A DNA stretch of 64,000 nt. Origin: an uncultured Actinomycetes bacterium. GTDB taxonomy: Bacteria; Actinomycetota; UBA4738; HRBIN12. The stretch is taken from NCBI GenBank assembly GCA_963704885.1, contig CAVPIB010000001.1:512001-576000 (forward strand). The letters are read 5' to 3'. Positions 51,095 through 64,000 of this stretch are shown here, one piece after another. Within the stretch, counting starts at the first letter, position 1. Every line of letters begins with the position of its first letter. Position numbers and translations under genes: made by a program. The notes beneath the pieces were generated by a model. That model worked only from the letters and a program-made list of their open reading frames with translations. It was not told the DNA's origin and ran no database searches.

Positions 51095-53101
51095 CTATCC
51101 GGCGGATGGGGCTTCGTCGGGCAGCGAACGGCGGATGACCTGGGCGATATCCAGCACCTCGGTCGGGTCCCCGCGATCTTTCGCGCCGTCATCGAGCATG
51201 ATCAAGCAGTAGGGGCAGGCCACACCGACGGTGTCCGCGCCGGTCGTGGCGGCCTCGTCCATGCGCTCCACGTTGATGCGCTTGCCGATCGGCTCCTCCA
51301 TCCACATCCGAGCTCCGCCCGCCCCACAGCACATCCCTCGCTCCTTGTGCCGGGGCATCTCCACGGTCGTCAGGCCTGGGACGTGGGCCAGCACGTCGCG
51401 TGGGGCGTCGTACACCTGGTTGTGGCGACCCAGGTAGCACGGGTCGTGGTAGGCGAGGAGTGTCTCGACCTGCTCGGTTGGGCGCAGCCGCCCCTCCGCC
51501 ACCAGCCTGCCCAGAAGCTCGGTGTGGTGGATGACCTCGTAGCTCCCGCCGTACTGCGGGTATTCGTTGCGAAGCGTGTTGAAGCAGTGAGGGCAGTTCG
51601 CGATGACCTTCGTGACTCCGATGCCGTTCATGGTCTCCACGTTCTGCTCCGCGAGCGTCTGGAACAGGAACTCGTTGCCCATGCGCCGGGCTGGATCGCC
51701 GGTGCAGAGCTCGCGCGGCCCGAGGATGGCGAATGGGACACCGGCTCGCTGGAGCAGCTCAGCCACGGCACGCGAGATGTTCCGCGCCCGTTCGTCGAAC
51801 GAGCCGGCACAGCCGACCCAGTAGAGGTACTCAGGCGCGGCGCCGTTCACCAAAGGGACGTCGAGGCCCTGGGCCCAGTCGGCGCGTTGCGATTGGGACA
51901 CGCCCCACGGGTTCGACTGGTTCTCCAGGTTGCGCATCATGGCGCCGGCCTCGGCCGGGAACCGGGACTCGCCCATGACAAGCGCGCGGCGCAGATCGAC
52001 GATCGTGTCGATGTGTTCGATGTCTACCGGGCATTCCGCCATGCAGGCGCCACATGTTGTGCACGACCACACCACGTCGTCGTCCACGATGCCGGGGACG
52101 AGGGCCACCTGGGCCGGGGTCTCACCGGCCGCGATCGCCTCCAGGATCCGAGGCCCTTCTTCGAGCAGGTGGTCCCTCAGATCCATGATCAGGAGCTTGG
52201 GCGAGAGGGGCTTCCCCGTATTCCATGCGGGGCAGGCGCTCTGGCATCGGCCGCACTCGGTGCATGCGTAGAGGTCTAGGAGCTCCTTCTGGGTGAGGTC
52301 GGTGACCGTCTCGGCCCCGAGCGACTGCTCGCCGGCCTCGAGCTTCTCCATGTCGATCCGCAAGGGCTCGAGGGCGCCGCGCGGCCGCGTGCTAGAGAAC
52401 CAGACGTTGAGCGCGCTCGTGATGATGTGCAGATGCTTCGAGTAAGGCAGGTACAGCAGGAACCCGAACACCAACAACAGATGCGCCCAGAGGAAGAACC
52501 ACGACGAGAGCGACTGCCAACCTTCGTTCATCCAGGTGAACAGGTAAGACGCCGCCGTCGATACGGGCGTCCATGCCGTCGGGTAGGCGCTCTCACCGAG
52601 CGCGATCTTCGCGCCGCGCAACAGGAACAGCGTGAGGATGATCCAGGTGATCAGGCCCAGGATCCGCAGCGCATCCAACCCGTGCGATCCCACGAACCGT
52701 TCCGGCCGCTGAACCAAACGGATCCACAGAGCGATCGCGATCCCCACCAGGACCAGCGAGGCGAACACGTCCTGGACCAGCCCGAGCCATCCCGCGTGTC
52801 CGATGAACGGGAGCGCGAAGTCGGGGTCGATCGCCTGGCCCGCCGCTTCGACGATCGTGGTCAGCAGAACCAGGAAGCCCCAGAAGATGAGCGCGTGCAT
52901 CAGCCCCGGGACAGCCCGCTGGAACAGCTTGCGTTGACCGAGCACCTGGCCCGTTTCGCGAGCCAGACGTCTGGGGACATCTCCCGAACGATCGACCGGA
53001 CGCCCGAGCGCGATCAGACGAGTCAGCAGACGCGCGCGCCTGGCGAACAGCCCCAACATGCCAGCGACCAGCAGCCCCAAGATGACGGCTCGAACGACCA
53101 T
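51095..53101 (-). CDS. FadF/EtfD-like membrane Fe-S oxidoreductase (CCG domains)
   Basis: TM region, [34 protein letters not shown]. Confidence 0.88.
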   Translation of the reverse strand: MVVRAVILGLLVAGMLGLFARRARLLTRLIALGRPVDRSGDVPRRLARETGQVLGQRKLFQRAVPGLMHALIFWGFLVLLTTIVEAAGQAIDPDFALPFIGHAGWLGLVQDVFASLVLVGIAIALWIRLVQRPERFVGSHGLDALRILGLITWIILTLFLLRGAKIALGESAYPTAWTPVSTAASYLFTWMNEGWQSLSSWFFLWAHLLLVFGFLLYLPYSKHLHIITSALNVWFSSTRPRGALEPLRIDMEKLEAGEQSLGAETVTDLTQKELLDLYACTECGRCQSACPAWNTGKPLSPKLLIMDLRDHLLEEGPRILEAIAAGETPAQVALVPGIVDDDVVWSCTTCGACMAECPVDIEHIDTIVDLRRALVMGESRFPAEAGAMMRNLENQSNPWGVSQSQRADWAQGLDVPLVNGAAPEYLYWVGCAGSFDERARNISRAVAELLQRAGVPFAILGPRELCTGDPARRMGNEFLFQTLAEQNVETMNGIGVTKVIANCPHCFNTLRNEYPQYGGSYEVIHHTELLGRLVAEGRLRPTEQVETLLAYHDPCYLGRHNQVYDAPRDVLAHVPGLTTVEMPRHKERGMCCGAGGARMWMEEPIGKRINVERMDEAATTGADTVGVACPYCLIMLDDGAKDRGDPTEVLDIAQVIRRSLPDEAPSAG

Positions 53102-53168
53102 CGGCGGGAGTGTACCCCGCCCTTCCGATCCTGGCTCCATGGGCGGGAATGCGGAGCCGTATCCAAAG

Positions 53169-53189
53169 GTTGCTAATAAGACACTCAAG
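53169..53189 (+). promoter_or_regulatory. Degenerate HAIR (HspR operator) upstream of dnaK
   Basis: GTTGCTA-N7-ACTCAAG vs CTTGAGT-N7-ACTCAAG; right half perfect; hspR is in the operon. Confidence 0.45.
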
Positions 53190-53246
53190 CTCTATCCTGC
53201 TAAGAGGCTTAGATATCTGATAGCACGACCCGAAGGAGGATCATCC

Positions 53247-55123
<1,877 letters not shown>

Positions 55124-55124
<1 letters not shown>

Positions 55125-55693
55125 TGACGGACGAGACCCCAATCGATGGCCCGCGTATCAAGATCACGGACAAACGCAGGACGCTCGACGCGACGGAGGA
55201 GACCGAACCCTCGGATGGATCTCTGGAGGACGAGGGTTCAGAGGTCGAACAGGACATCGACGCGGCACGCTCCGAGGCGGCCGAGTACCTGGACCACCTC
55301 CGGCGTCTACAGGCTGAATTCGACAACTACCGCAAGCGCGTGTTGAAAGAACAGACCGATGTGATGGAACGGGCCGCCGCCCCCGTGATGCAGCGTCTGC
55401 TGGAGGTCGTGGACGACTTCGATCTGGCGCTGATGTCGGCCAACGACAAGCCCGACTTCGACCGGTTCCTGCATGGGGTCGAGCTGGTCTACGCGAAGCT
55501 CGCCGACACCCTGAAGGCGGAGGGCCTGGAGCGGATCGAGGCGTTGGGAAAGCCGTTCGATCCGGAGCAGCACGAGGCGTTGATGCAGACCGGCGAGGGC
55601 GACCATCTGGTCGTGGCCGACGTGCTTCGGCCCGGGTACACCCTGCGCGGGCGAGTGATACGTCCCGCCGGCGTCCGCGTGAACAGGGAGTGA
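55124..55693 (+). CDS. grpE: Nucleotide exchange factor GrpE
   Basis: [25 protein letters not shown]. Confidence 0.95.
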
Positions 55694-55700
55694 GGCCACC

Positions 55701-56846
55701 TTGGCAGACGAGGTCCGAAGGGAGTGGTTCGACAAGGACTACTACCAACTCCTCGGCGTGCCCAAGAACGCGAGCGCCGCGGACATCAAGAAGGCGTATC
55801 GCAAGCTAGCTCAGCAGCATCACCCCGACGCCAACCCCGGCAACAAGGAGGCGGAGGATCGCTTCAAGGAGATCTCCGGCGCATATGACGTGTTGGGTGA
55901 CGAGGAGAAGCGCAAGAGCTACGACCGGGTCAGGGACATGGGCGCGGCGGGGTTCGGCGGTCCTGGCGGCGCCGGATCAGGAGCGGGATGGCCCGGCGGG
56001 TTCGGCGGTCCCGGCGGCGTACGGTACGAAACCGCCGACTTCGATCTGGGCGACCTCCTGCGCGGGTTCGGCGGGGGCCGTGGGCGTCAGCGCCAGCAGC
56101 AACCACAGCGTGGTGCGGACCTGGAGACCGAGGTCGAGGTGTCGTTCGACGACGCCATGACCGGGACCACGGTGCCCGTGAAGTTCGTCGGGCCGGCGGT
56201 CTGCCAAAGATGCCATGGAACCGGCGCCGAGCCAGGCACCAGTCCGCTCGCGTGCCCCACGTGCGGAGGCAGGGGATCCGTCGACGTGAACCAGGGCTTC
56301 TTCTCTATGGAGCAACCCTGCCCCGAGTGTCGCGGCGCGGGTCGGATCATCGAGCACCGGTGCTCCACTTGCCGTGGATCGGGGACCGAGCGGAGGACCC
56401 GGCGGTTCCAGGTGAAGATCCATGCTGGCGTCCGGGAAGGCGCGCGGATCAGGCTCGTCGGCCGCGGAGAGCCGGGACCCGCCGGTGGGCATGCGGGCGA
56501 CCTGTTCGTCAAGGTCCACGTCGGTGCCCACGCGCTGTTCGGACGCAAGGGTGACAACCTGACCTTGGAGCTCCCGGTCTCCTACCCCGAGGCAGCGCTT
56601 GGCGCCAACGTCGAGGTGCCGACGTTGAACGGACCGGTGACCCTGAAGGTGCCTTCCGGAACGCCCAACGGAAAGACGTTCCGCGTACGCGGTAAGGGCG
56701 CCCCCAAGAAGGGTGGCCACGGTGATCTCCTGGTCACCGTGAGCGTGGATGTTCCCGGGAGGCTCTCCCGTGACGAGAAGCAACTGCTGAAGCAGCTTCA
56801 GGAGGCACAGAAGGAATCCCCGCGGAAGCGACTGGGGGTCGCGTGA
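55701..56846 (+). CDS. dnaJ: Chaperone DnaJ
   Basis: HPD J-domain, four CxxCxGxG repeats. Confidence 0.96.
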   Translation: MADEVRREWFDKDYYQLLGVPKNASAADIKKAYRKLAQQHHPDANPGNKEAEDRFKEISGAYDVLGDEEKRKSYDRVRDMGAAGFGGPGGAGSGAGWPGGFGGPGGVRYETADFDLGDLLRGFGGGRGRQRQQQPQRGADLETEVEVSFDDAMTGTTVPVKFVGPAVCQRCHGTGAEPGTSPLACPTCGGRGSVDVNQGFFSMEQPCPECRGAGRIIEHRCSTCRGSGTERRTRRFQVKIHAGVREGARIRLVGRGEPGPAGGHAGDLFVKVHVGAHALFGRKGDNLTLELPVSYPEAALGANVEVPTLNGPVTLKVPSGTPNGKTFRVRGKGAPKKGGHGDLLVTVSVDVPGRLSRDEKQLLKQLQEAQKESPRKRLGVA

Positions 56847-57253
56847 TGGCGGAACGAACGCAACGACAAGGCAACACCGACGATCGCGCCGTCTACATCA
56901 TCAGCGTCGCGGCTGAGCTCGCAGGTGTTCACCCGCAGACGCTCCGGATCTACGAACGCAAGGGGCTGCTACGGCCGAAGCGAACCCAGGGCAATACCCG
57001 GCGGTACTCAGATGCCGACGTCGAGGTGCTGCGCGCCATCCAATCGCTCACACAGGAAGAAGGGGTCAACCTGGCCGGCGTGAAGCGGATCATGGAGCTG
57101 CGGGCGCAGATGGACGAGATGCGACGCCGCGTCGAGGAACTACAGGAACAGCTGTCGCACCGGCGCGCCATCGCCATGCCGGGCCGTCGCGCGGGAGAGC
57201 AGATGGTCCCGTTCCGCACCGTCGTGCGGTTCCCATGGGAGAAGCGCGCATGA
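56846..57253 (+). CDS. hspR: Heat-shock repressor HspR
   Basis: ISVAAELAGVHPQTLRIYER, GVNLAG. Confidence 0.92.
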   Translation: MAERTQRQGNTDDRAVYIISVAAELAGVHPQTLRIYERKGLLRPKRTQGNTRRYSDADVEVLRAIQSLTQEEGVNLAGVKRIMELRAQMDEMRRRVEELQEQLSHRRAIAMPGRRAGEQMVPFRTVVRFPWEKRA

Positions 57254-57777
57254 CAGAGGTGCAGCTGGTCCCGCTTCGGGGCGTCGACTTCGACGCCTTG
57301 GCCGACGTGCGCGCGCGAGAGGCGCGCGAGATGGGGTTCCCCGACGCGTTCGGGCCCGCAGAACGTGAGGAACTCCACGAGCGGATCGAACGCTCGGGGG
57401 AGTTCGACGGAACGGAGCTCCTTCTAGGCGTCCACGTAGGAGGGAAGCTCGTCGGGGAGGTGCAGGCGCGTCAGCCGCGGATGGGCCTGCCGCCGGGCGT
57501 GTTCGAGATCGGGATCGACGTGTTCGACCCCGCCCAACGCGGGGAAGGGATCGGCACGCAGGCGCTCCGGCTGCTGTTGTCGCGACTGTTCGAGCGCGAG
57601 GGCGCGCACCGGGTCCAAGCGACCACCGATGTCGACAACGCGGGTATGCGCGCGCTCAGCGAGCGGTGCGGTCTCGGATTCGAGGGCGTGTTGCGCGGCT
57701 TCATGCCGTCGACCGACGGCCCCAAGGACTACGCCATGCACGCGATCACCCGCGATGATTGGGAGGCCGGTCGATGA
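57250..57777 (+). CDS. RimJ/RimL-like GNAT acetyltransferase
   Basis: QRGEGIGT, DNAGMRAL, EGVLR; ATGA overlap with hspR. Confidence 0.85.
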   Translation: MTEVQLVPLRGVDFDALADVRAREAREMGFPDAFGPAEREELHERIERSGEFDGTELLLGVHVGGKLVGEVQARQPRMGLPPGVFEIGIDVFDPAQRGEGIGTQALRLLLSRLFEREGAHRVQATTDVDNAGMRALSERCGLGFEGVLRGFMPSTDGPKDYAMHAITRDDWEAGR

Positions 57778-58279
57778 CCCTGCGACCGTTCGATCCGACC
57801 GAGTTCGATGTGTTGTGGCGCGCCGTCACGGGAGCTGACCCTACGGTAGCCGTGGGCAAGAGCGACCCCGATGTGCTCCGTGCGCGCGTGGCGACCTCGG
57901 GCCAGCTGACCGAGCGTGAGCTGTTGCTTGCGGTCGAGGCTGACAGACGGCTGATCGGTTCCATCCAGGGGTATCGCGACTCGCTGCCCGACGGGGTCTT
58001 CGGACTCGGCATCGAGCTGTTCGACGAGCGCGATCGTGGCAAGGGTCACGGCACCGCAGCGGTGAGGGAGCTGGTCGCTCGTCTGTTCGAGCTCGAGGGC
58101 GCGAGGCGGATCGAGGCGGGAACGGCTGAGGACAACGTCGTCATGCGGGCGTTGTTGGAGCGCCTGGGTTTCCGACAGGAGGGGATCCTGCGGCGCTGGT
58201 ACCCCTCGGAGGACGGCCGTGGCGTCGACTGCGTGATGCATGGGATGACGAAGGACGACTACGAGGACGTGAAGACCAG

Positions 58280-58289
<10 letters not shown>
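57774..58289 (+). CDS. RimJ/RimL-like GNAT acetyltransferase (paralog)
   Basis: [27 protein letters not shown]. Confidence 0.85.
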
Positions 58290-60865
<2,576 letters not shown>

Positions 60866-60916
60866 CGAGCCCGTTCCCAGCTTGATTCGGGCGGCGAGCA
60901 TCCGATACTCACCAAC

Positions 60917-61723
60917 ATGGAGGTTTCACCAGCGCTGCTCTTCGTGGGGATCATCGCGATCGCGATCGGCGTCGCGGTCTACTCCCTCCACGCTAGGAAG
61001 AAGCGACAGGAAGGCTTCGCGCTGGTGGCGAAGCAGCTCGGCCTCGAGTACTGGCACACGGATCCGTTCGGTCTGCTCTCTGAGCCGTTCGTGCTCTTCG
61101 GCAAGGGCGACGGACAGGGCATCGAGAACGTGCTCGCGGGTCCGTATCAAGGCATCGACGCGAAGGCTTTCGACTTCTGGTACTTCGAGGAGTCGACCAA
61201 CTCGAACGGCCACAGGACCAAGACCTACTACCGGTTCGACTGCGTCATCTTGCCGATCGACGCCGCGTGCTCGCCCATGACGATCGACAACGAGAACCTC
61301 CTGACCCGCCTGGCCGACGCGCTCAGCTTCCACGACATCGAGTTCGAGTCCGAGGGATTCAACAAGGCGTTCAACGTGAAGTCGGATGACAAGAGGTTCG
61401 CAAACGACTTCGTGGATGCGCGCATGATGGCCTGGCTGCTGCAGTACGGGGCGGGCACTTCGTTCGAGACCATGGGAGACAGACTGATGTGCTTCCAGCG
61501 CAAGCTCGCACCGATGGAGATCGTGACGCTGCTCGGACTGTCCAAGTCGTTCCTGGACCGTGTTCCGCGCGTCGTGTACTCGCTCTACTCACGTCCCACG
61601 CCGCTTCCGCCTACTCCGAAAGGCGATCTGGCGGCGAAGAACGAAGCCAAGTGGCTATCGGGCCACTACACGCCGGACGGGTCCGGGAGCCAACCTGTGG
61701 TTCCACCTGAGGGCTCGGGATAA
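60917..61723 (+). CDS. Membrane-anchored hypothetical protein (LemA-associated)
   Basis: N-terminal TM; DIEFES..FN..F.V motif; host-like codon usage. Confidence 0.7.
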   Translation: MEVSPALLFVGIIAIAIGVAVYSLHARKKRQEGFALVAKQLGLEYWHTDPFGLLSEPFVLFGKGDGQGIENVLAGPYQGIDAKAFDFWYFEESTNSNGHRTKTYYRFDCVILPIDAACSPMTIDNENLLTRLADALSFHDIEFESEGFNKAFNVKSDDKRFANDFVDARMMAWLLQYGAGTSFETMGDRLMCFQRKLAPMEIVTLLGLSKSFLDRVPRVVYSLYSRPTPLPPTPKGDLAAKNEAKWLSGHYTPDGSGSQPVVPPEGSG

Positions 61724-61756
61724 GCTGGCCGGACAACTTTCGAAAGGAACGGTGCC

Positions 61757-62431
61757 GTGACCTTCGTTTGGATCCTCCTCGGCGTGATAGTTCTGGTGGC
61801 GATCGTCGGCGTCATCTCATACAACCGGTTCGTCTCCCAGAAGAACCTGATCAAGGACGCATGGGCGAACATCGACACCGAGCTCCGTCGGCGGTACGAC
61901 CTGATCCCGAACCTGGTGGAGACGGTCAAGGGCTACGCGACACACGAGCGTGAGGTCTTCGAGGAGGTAACGCGCGCGCGCGCTTCGGCCGCCGGTGCGA
62001 CCGGCTCCCCCGCGGCGCAGGCCGCGGCCGAGGGCCCGTTCATGGCCGCCCTCGGCAAGCTCTTCGCCGTGGCCGAGGCCTACCCGGACCTGAAGGCCAA
62101 CGAGAACTTCCTTGCGTTGCAGAGCGAGCTGTCCAACACCGAGGATCGGCTGCAGACCTCGCGGCGCTTCTACAACGCGAACGTCCGCGAGTACAACGTC
62201 CGCGTGCAGGCATTCCCGTCCTCGATCATCGCCGGCATGTTCCACTTCGAGCTGGCCGAGTTCTTCGAGATCCCGGAGTCGATCCGCGAGGCCGGGCCGC
62301 CCCAGGTGAGCTTCGCAGCGGGCTCGGAGGCTCCGACCGCGCCTGCTCCGCCAACCGCTCCCACCGTTCCCGCGACCCCGCCTGCCGCCGAGAAGCCGCC
62401 TCCGGCCCCGCCGACGCCGCCCAACAGCTAG
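61757..62431 (+). CDS. lemA: LemA family protein with Pro-rich tail
   Basis: RRYDLIPNLVETVKGYA.HE, EAYPDLKAN, RRFYN, FPS. Confidence 0.93.
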   Translation: MTFVWILLGVIVLVAIVGVISYNRFVSQKNLIKDAWANIDTELRRRYDLIPNLVETVKGYATHEREVFEEVTRARASAAGATGSPAAQAAAEGPFMAALGKLFAVAEAYPDLKANENFLALQSELSNTEDRLQTSRRFYNANVREYNVRVQAFPSSIIAGMFHFELAEFFEIPESIREAGPPQVSFAAGSEAPTAPAPPTAPTVPATPPAAEKPPPAPPTPPNS

Positions 62432-62437
62432 CGGGCC

Positions 62438-63766
62438 TCAGTCGGCCAACACTGGGGCTTCGCCCAGCGCGTAGGCGTCCTCGGGCGGGCCGCCGCAGCC
62501 GTCCATGAGCGTCGCGCGGCGCACGTCGCTGGTCAGCCACATCCAGGCCGCCGCCCACACCACGGCGACCCCTCCCATCACCATGGCCGTGATCTGTGCA
62601 CCGAAGACCTCTGAGAGCCAACCGGTCAACAGGGCAGAGGCGCCGAACGTGAGCGTCACGAGCATCCCGTCGAATGCGAAGATGCGGCCACGGATGTGGT
62701 CGGGCACGATCTTCTGTAACCCGTACGACGAGAGCATCCATTGAGCGCCTCCGCCGATGTGGGCGACCATGACCGTCGGCAGCGCCAACAGCAGCCCAGG
62801 CGTGATCCCCAGGGCCATGTAGCCCAAGCCGAAGATCGCCAGTGCTACGCCGATCGTCAGGAACAGCCGCCGATCCTCAGCGCCGAGGGAGGCTCTGCCC
62901 ACGAAAGGCCCGATGATCGCGCCGATGCCGCGCGCCGCTAGCAGCAATCCGATGCCAACCTCACCGGCATCGAACTTGCCCTTCGCCAGGAGCGGCACCA
63001 AGACGAGGACTCCGCCCGCCAGGCCCCAGCCGAACTTGACGGCCAGCAGTGCCATGACGCGGTGGTCACGCCGCGCGTATCGGATCGTCTGGGTAGCCGC
63101 TTCGCGGAGTCGGGTCGGCGGCCGTGTGTCCCGCGTCTCTTGGAACGACCGCCGGATCCGCAGGAGGAGCGCGGCGGATGCCACGAACGATATCGCGTCG
63201 ATCGCGATCGCCGCGTCGCTTCCCAAGAGCGCGGTGACCACGCCTCCGAGGCCCGCGCCCACCGCGAGCATGGTTCCCCAGAGCGATCCGGAGAGCGCGT
63301 TCGCGGTTGCCAGGTCCTCCGCCTCGACCAGGTTGGGGAGCGCGGCCGCCGAAGCCGGCTCGAACGCAGCGCTGAAACAGGCCATCGCGGCGAGGAGTGG
63401 GTACACGATCCACCAGGTGCTGTCCGTCTGCGTGAACAAGAACCCCACGCAGAGCACCGCCCGGCCGATGTCGGCCACTACCATCACACGCTTGCGATCC
63501 AGCCGGTCCGCCAAGATCCCCATCAACGGCGATACGACGAAGTAGGTCAGGTCTTGAGCGGCCAGGAGGAACGCCACGGCCAGCGCGGACCCGGAGATAT
63601 CCAGCACCAATCCGAACAGGGCGACCAGGAGGAACCAGTCGCCGCCGAGCGAGATCAGGCTCGAGAGGTAGGCGCGGCGGAAATCCTCGTTGCGCCGAAG
63701 GAGCGAGAGGCTCGCTCGGAAGCTGCCCTCTCGGGCTTCGGGCTCAAGGGATCCACGTTCGGCCAC
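62438..63766 (-). CDS. MFS transporter
   Basis: GILADRLDRKRVM motif A; about 12 TM; start inferred. Confidence 0.88.
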   Translation of the reverse strand: MAERGSLEPEAREGSFRASLSLLRRNEDFRRAYLSSLISLGGDWFLLVALFGLVLDISGSALAVAFLLAAQDLTYFVVSPLMGILADRLDRKRVMVVADIGRAVLCVGFLFTQTDSTWWIVYPLLAAMACFSAAFEPASAAALPNLVEAEDLATANALSGSLWGTMLAVGAGLGGVVTALLGSDAAIAIDAISFVASAALLLRIRRSFQETRDTRPPTRLREAATQTIRYARRDHRVMALLAVKFGWGLAGGVLVLVPLLAKGKFDAGEVGIGLLLAARGIGAIIGPFVGRASLGAEDRRLFLTIGVALAIFGLGYMALGITPGLLLALPTVMVAHIGGGAQWMLSSYGLQKIVPDHIRGRIFAFDGMLVTLTFGASALLTGWLSEVFGAQITAMVMGGVAVVWAAAWMWLTSDVRRATLMDGCGGPPEDAYALGEAPVLAD

Positions 63767-63806
63767 AGGATTTGCCAGACTACCGGGGACGATCGAGGGA
63801 GGCCGG

Positions 63807-64000
63807 ATGCTCGAGCGCTTCACCTGGTTCCGCCAAGCCGCGTTCCGATACGCCGACGACGAGCGGACGTCTACATCGATCCCTGGGGAACGGGTGAGGG
63901 TGACCCACCCGCCGATCTGATCCTGATCACGCATGCGCACTTCGATCACTTCCAGCCGGAGGAGATCGCGCGCCTGTCCAACGCCGGCACGAAGGTAGTG
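63807..64000 (+). CDS. MBL-fold metallo-hydrolase, partial (frameshift near 63870)
   Basis: MLERFTWFRQA...YIDPWG...ILITHAHFDH. Confidence 0.8.

Overview
High-GC Actinomycetota-like chromosomal region. In order, it holds: a GcvT-family amine dehydrogenase with etfBA; an ECF sigma/anti-sigma/ABC cassette; a Tad/Flp pilus cluster with a secreted sulfatase; DUF5318-PBP1A; three two-component pairs; two GT-C glycosyltransferases; a split classical menaquinone cluster (menG/F/D/A/B/E) interrupted by PrimPol-LigC; a five-gene SipW/TasA-like fibre locus; panB; rpsF-ssb-rpsR-rplI; an intein-containing dnaB; nth; tRNA-Gly(CCC); trpD; dcd; a FadF/EtfD-like gene; and a dnaK-grpE-dnaJ-hspR-GNAT-GNAT-clpB operon. 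About nine single-base frameshifts in conserved genes look like long-read errors rather than true pseudogenes. The most interesting items are the SipW/TasA-like locus, a candidate selenoprotein ORF with a SECIS-like hairpin, a Coxiella-type DnaB intein with an AT-rich C-terminal patch, two GNATs embedded in the chaperone operon, a decayed tadB remnant with a pseudoknot-like leader, and widespread leaderless-gene signatures. All family calls come from motif recognition, not database searches.
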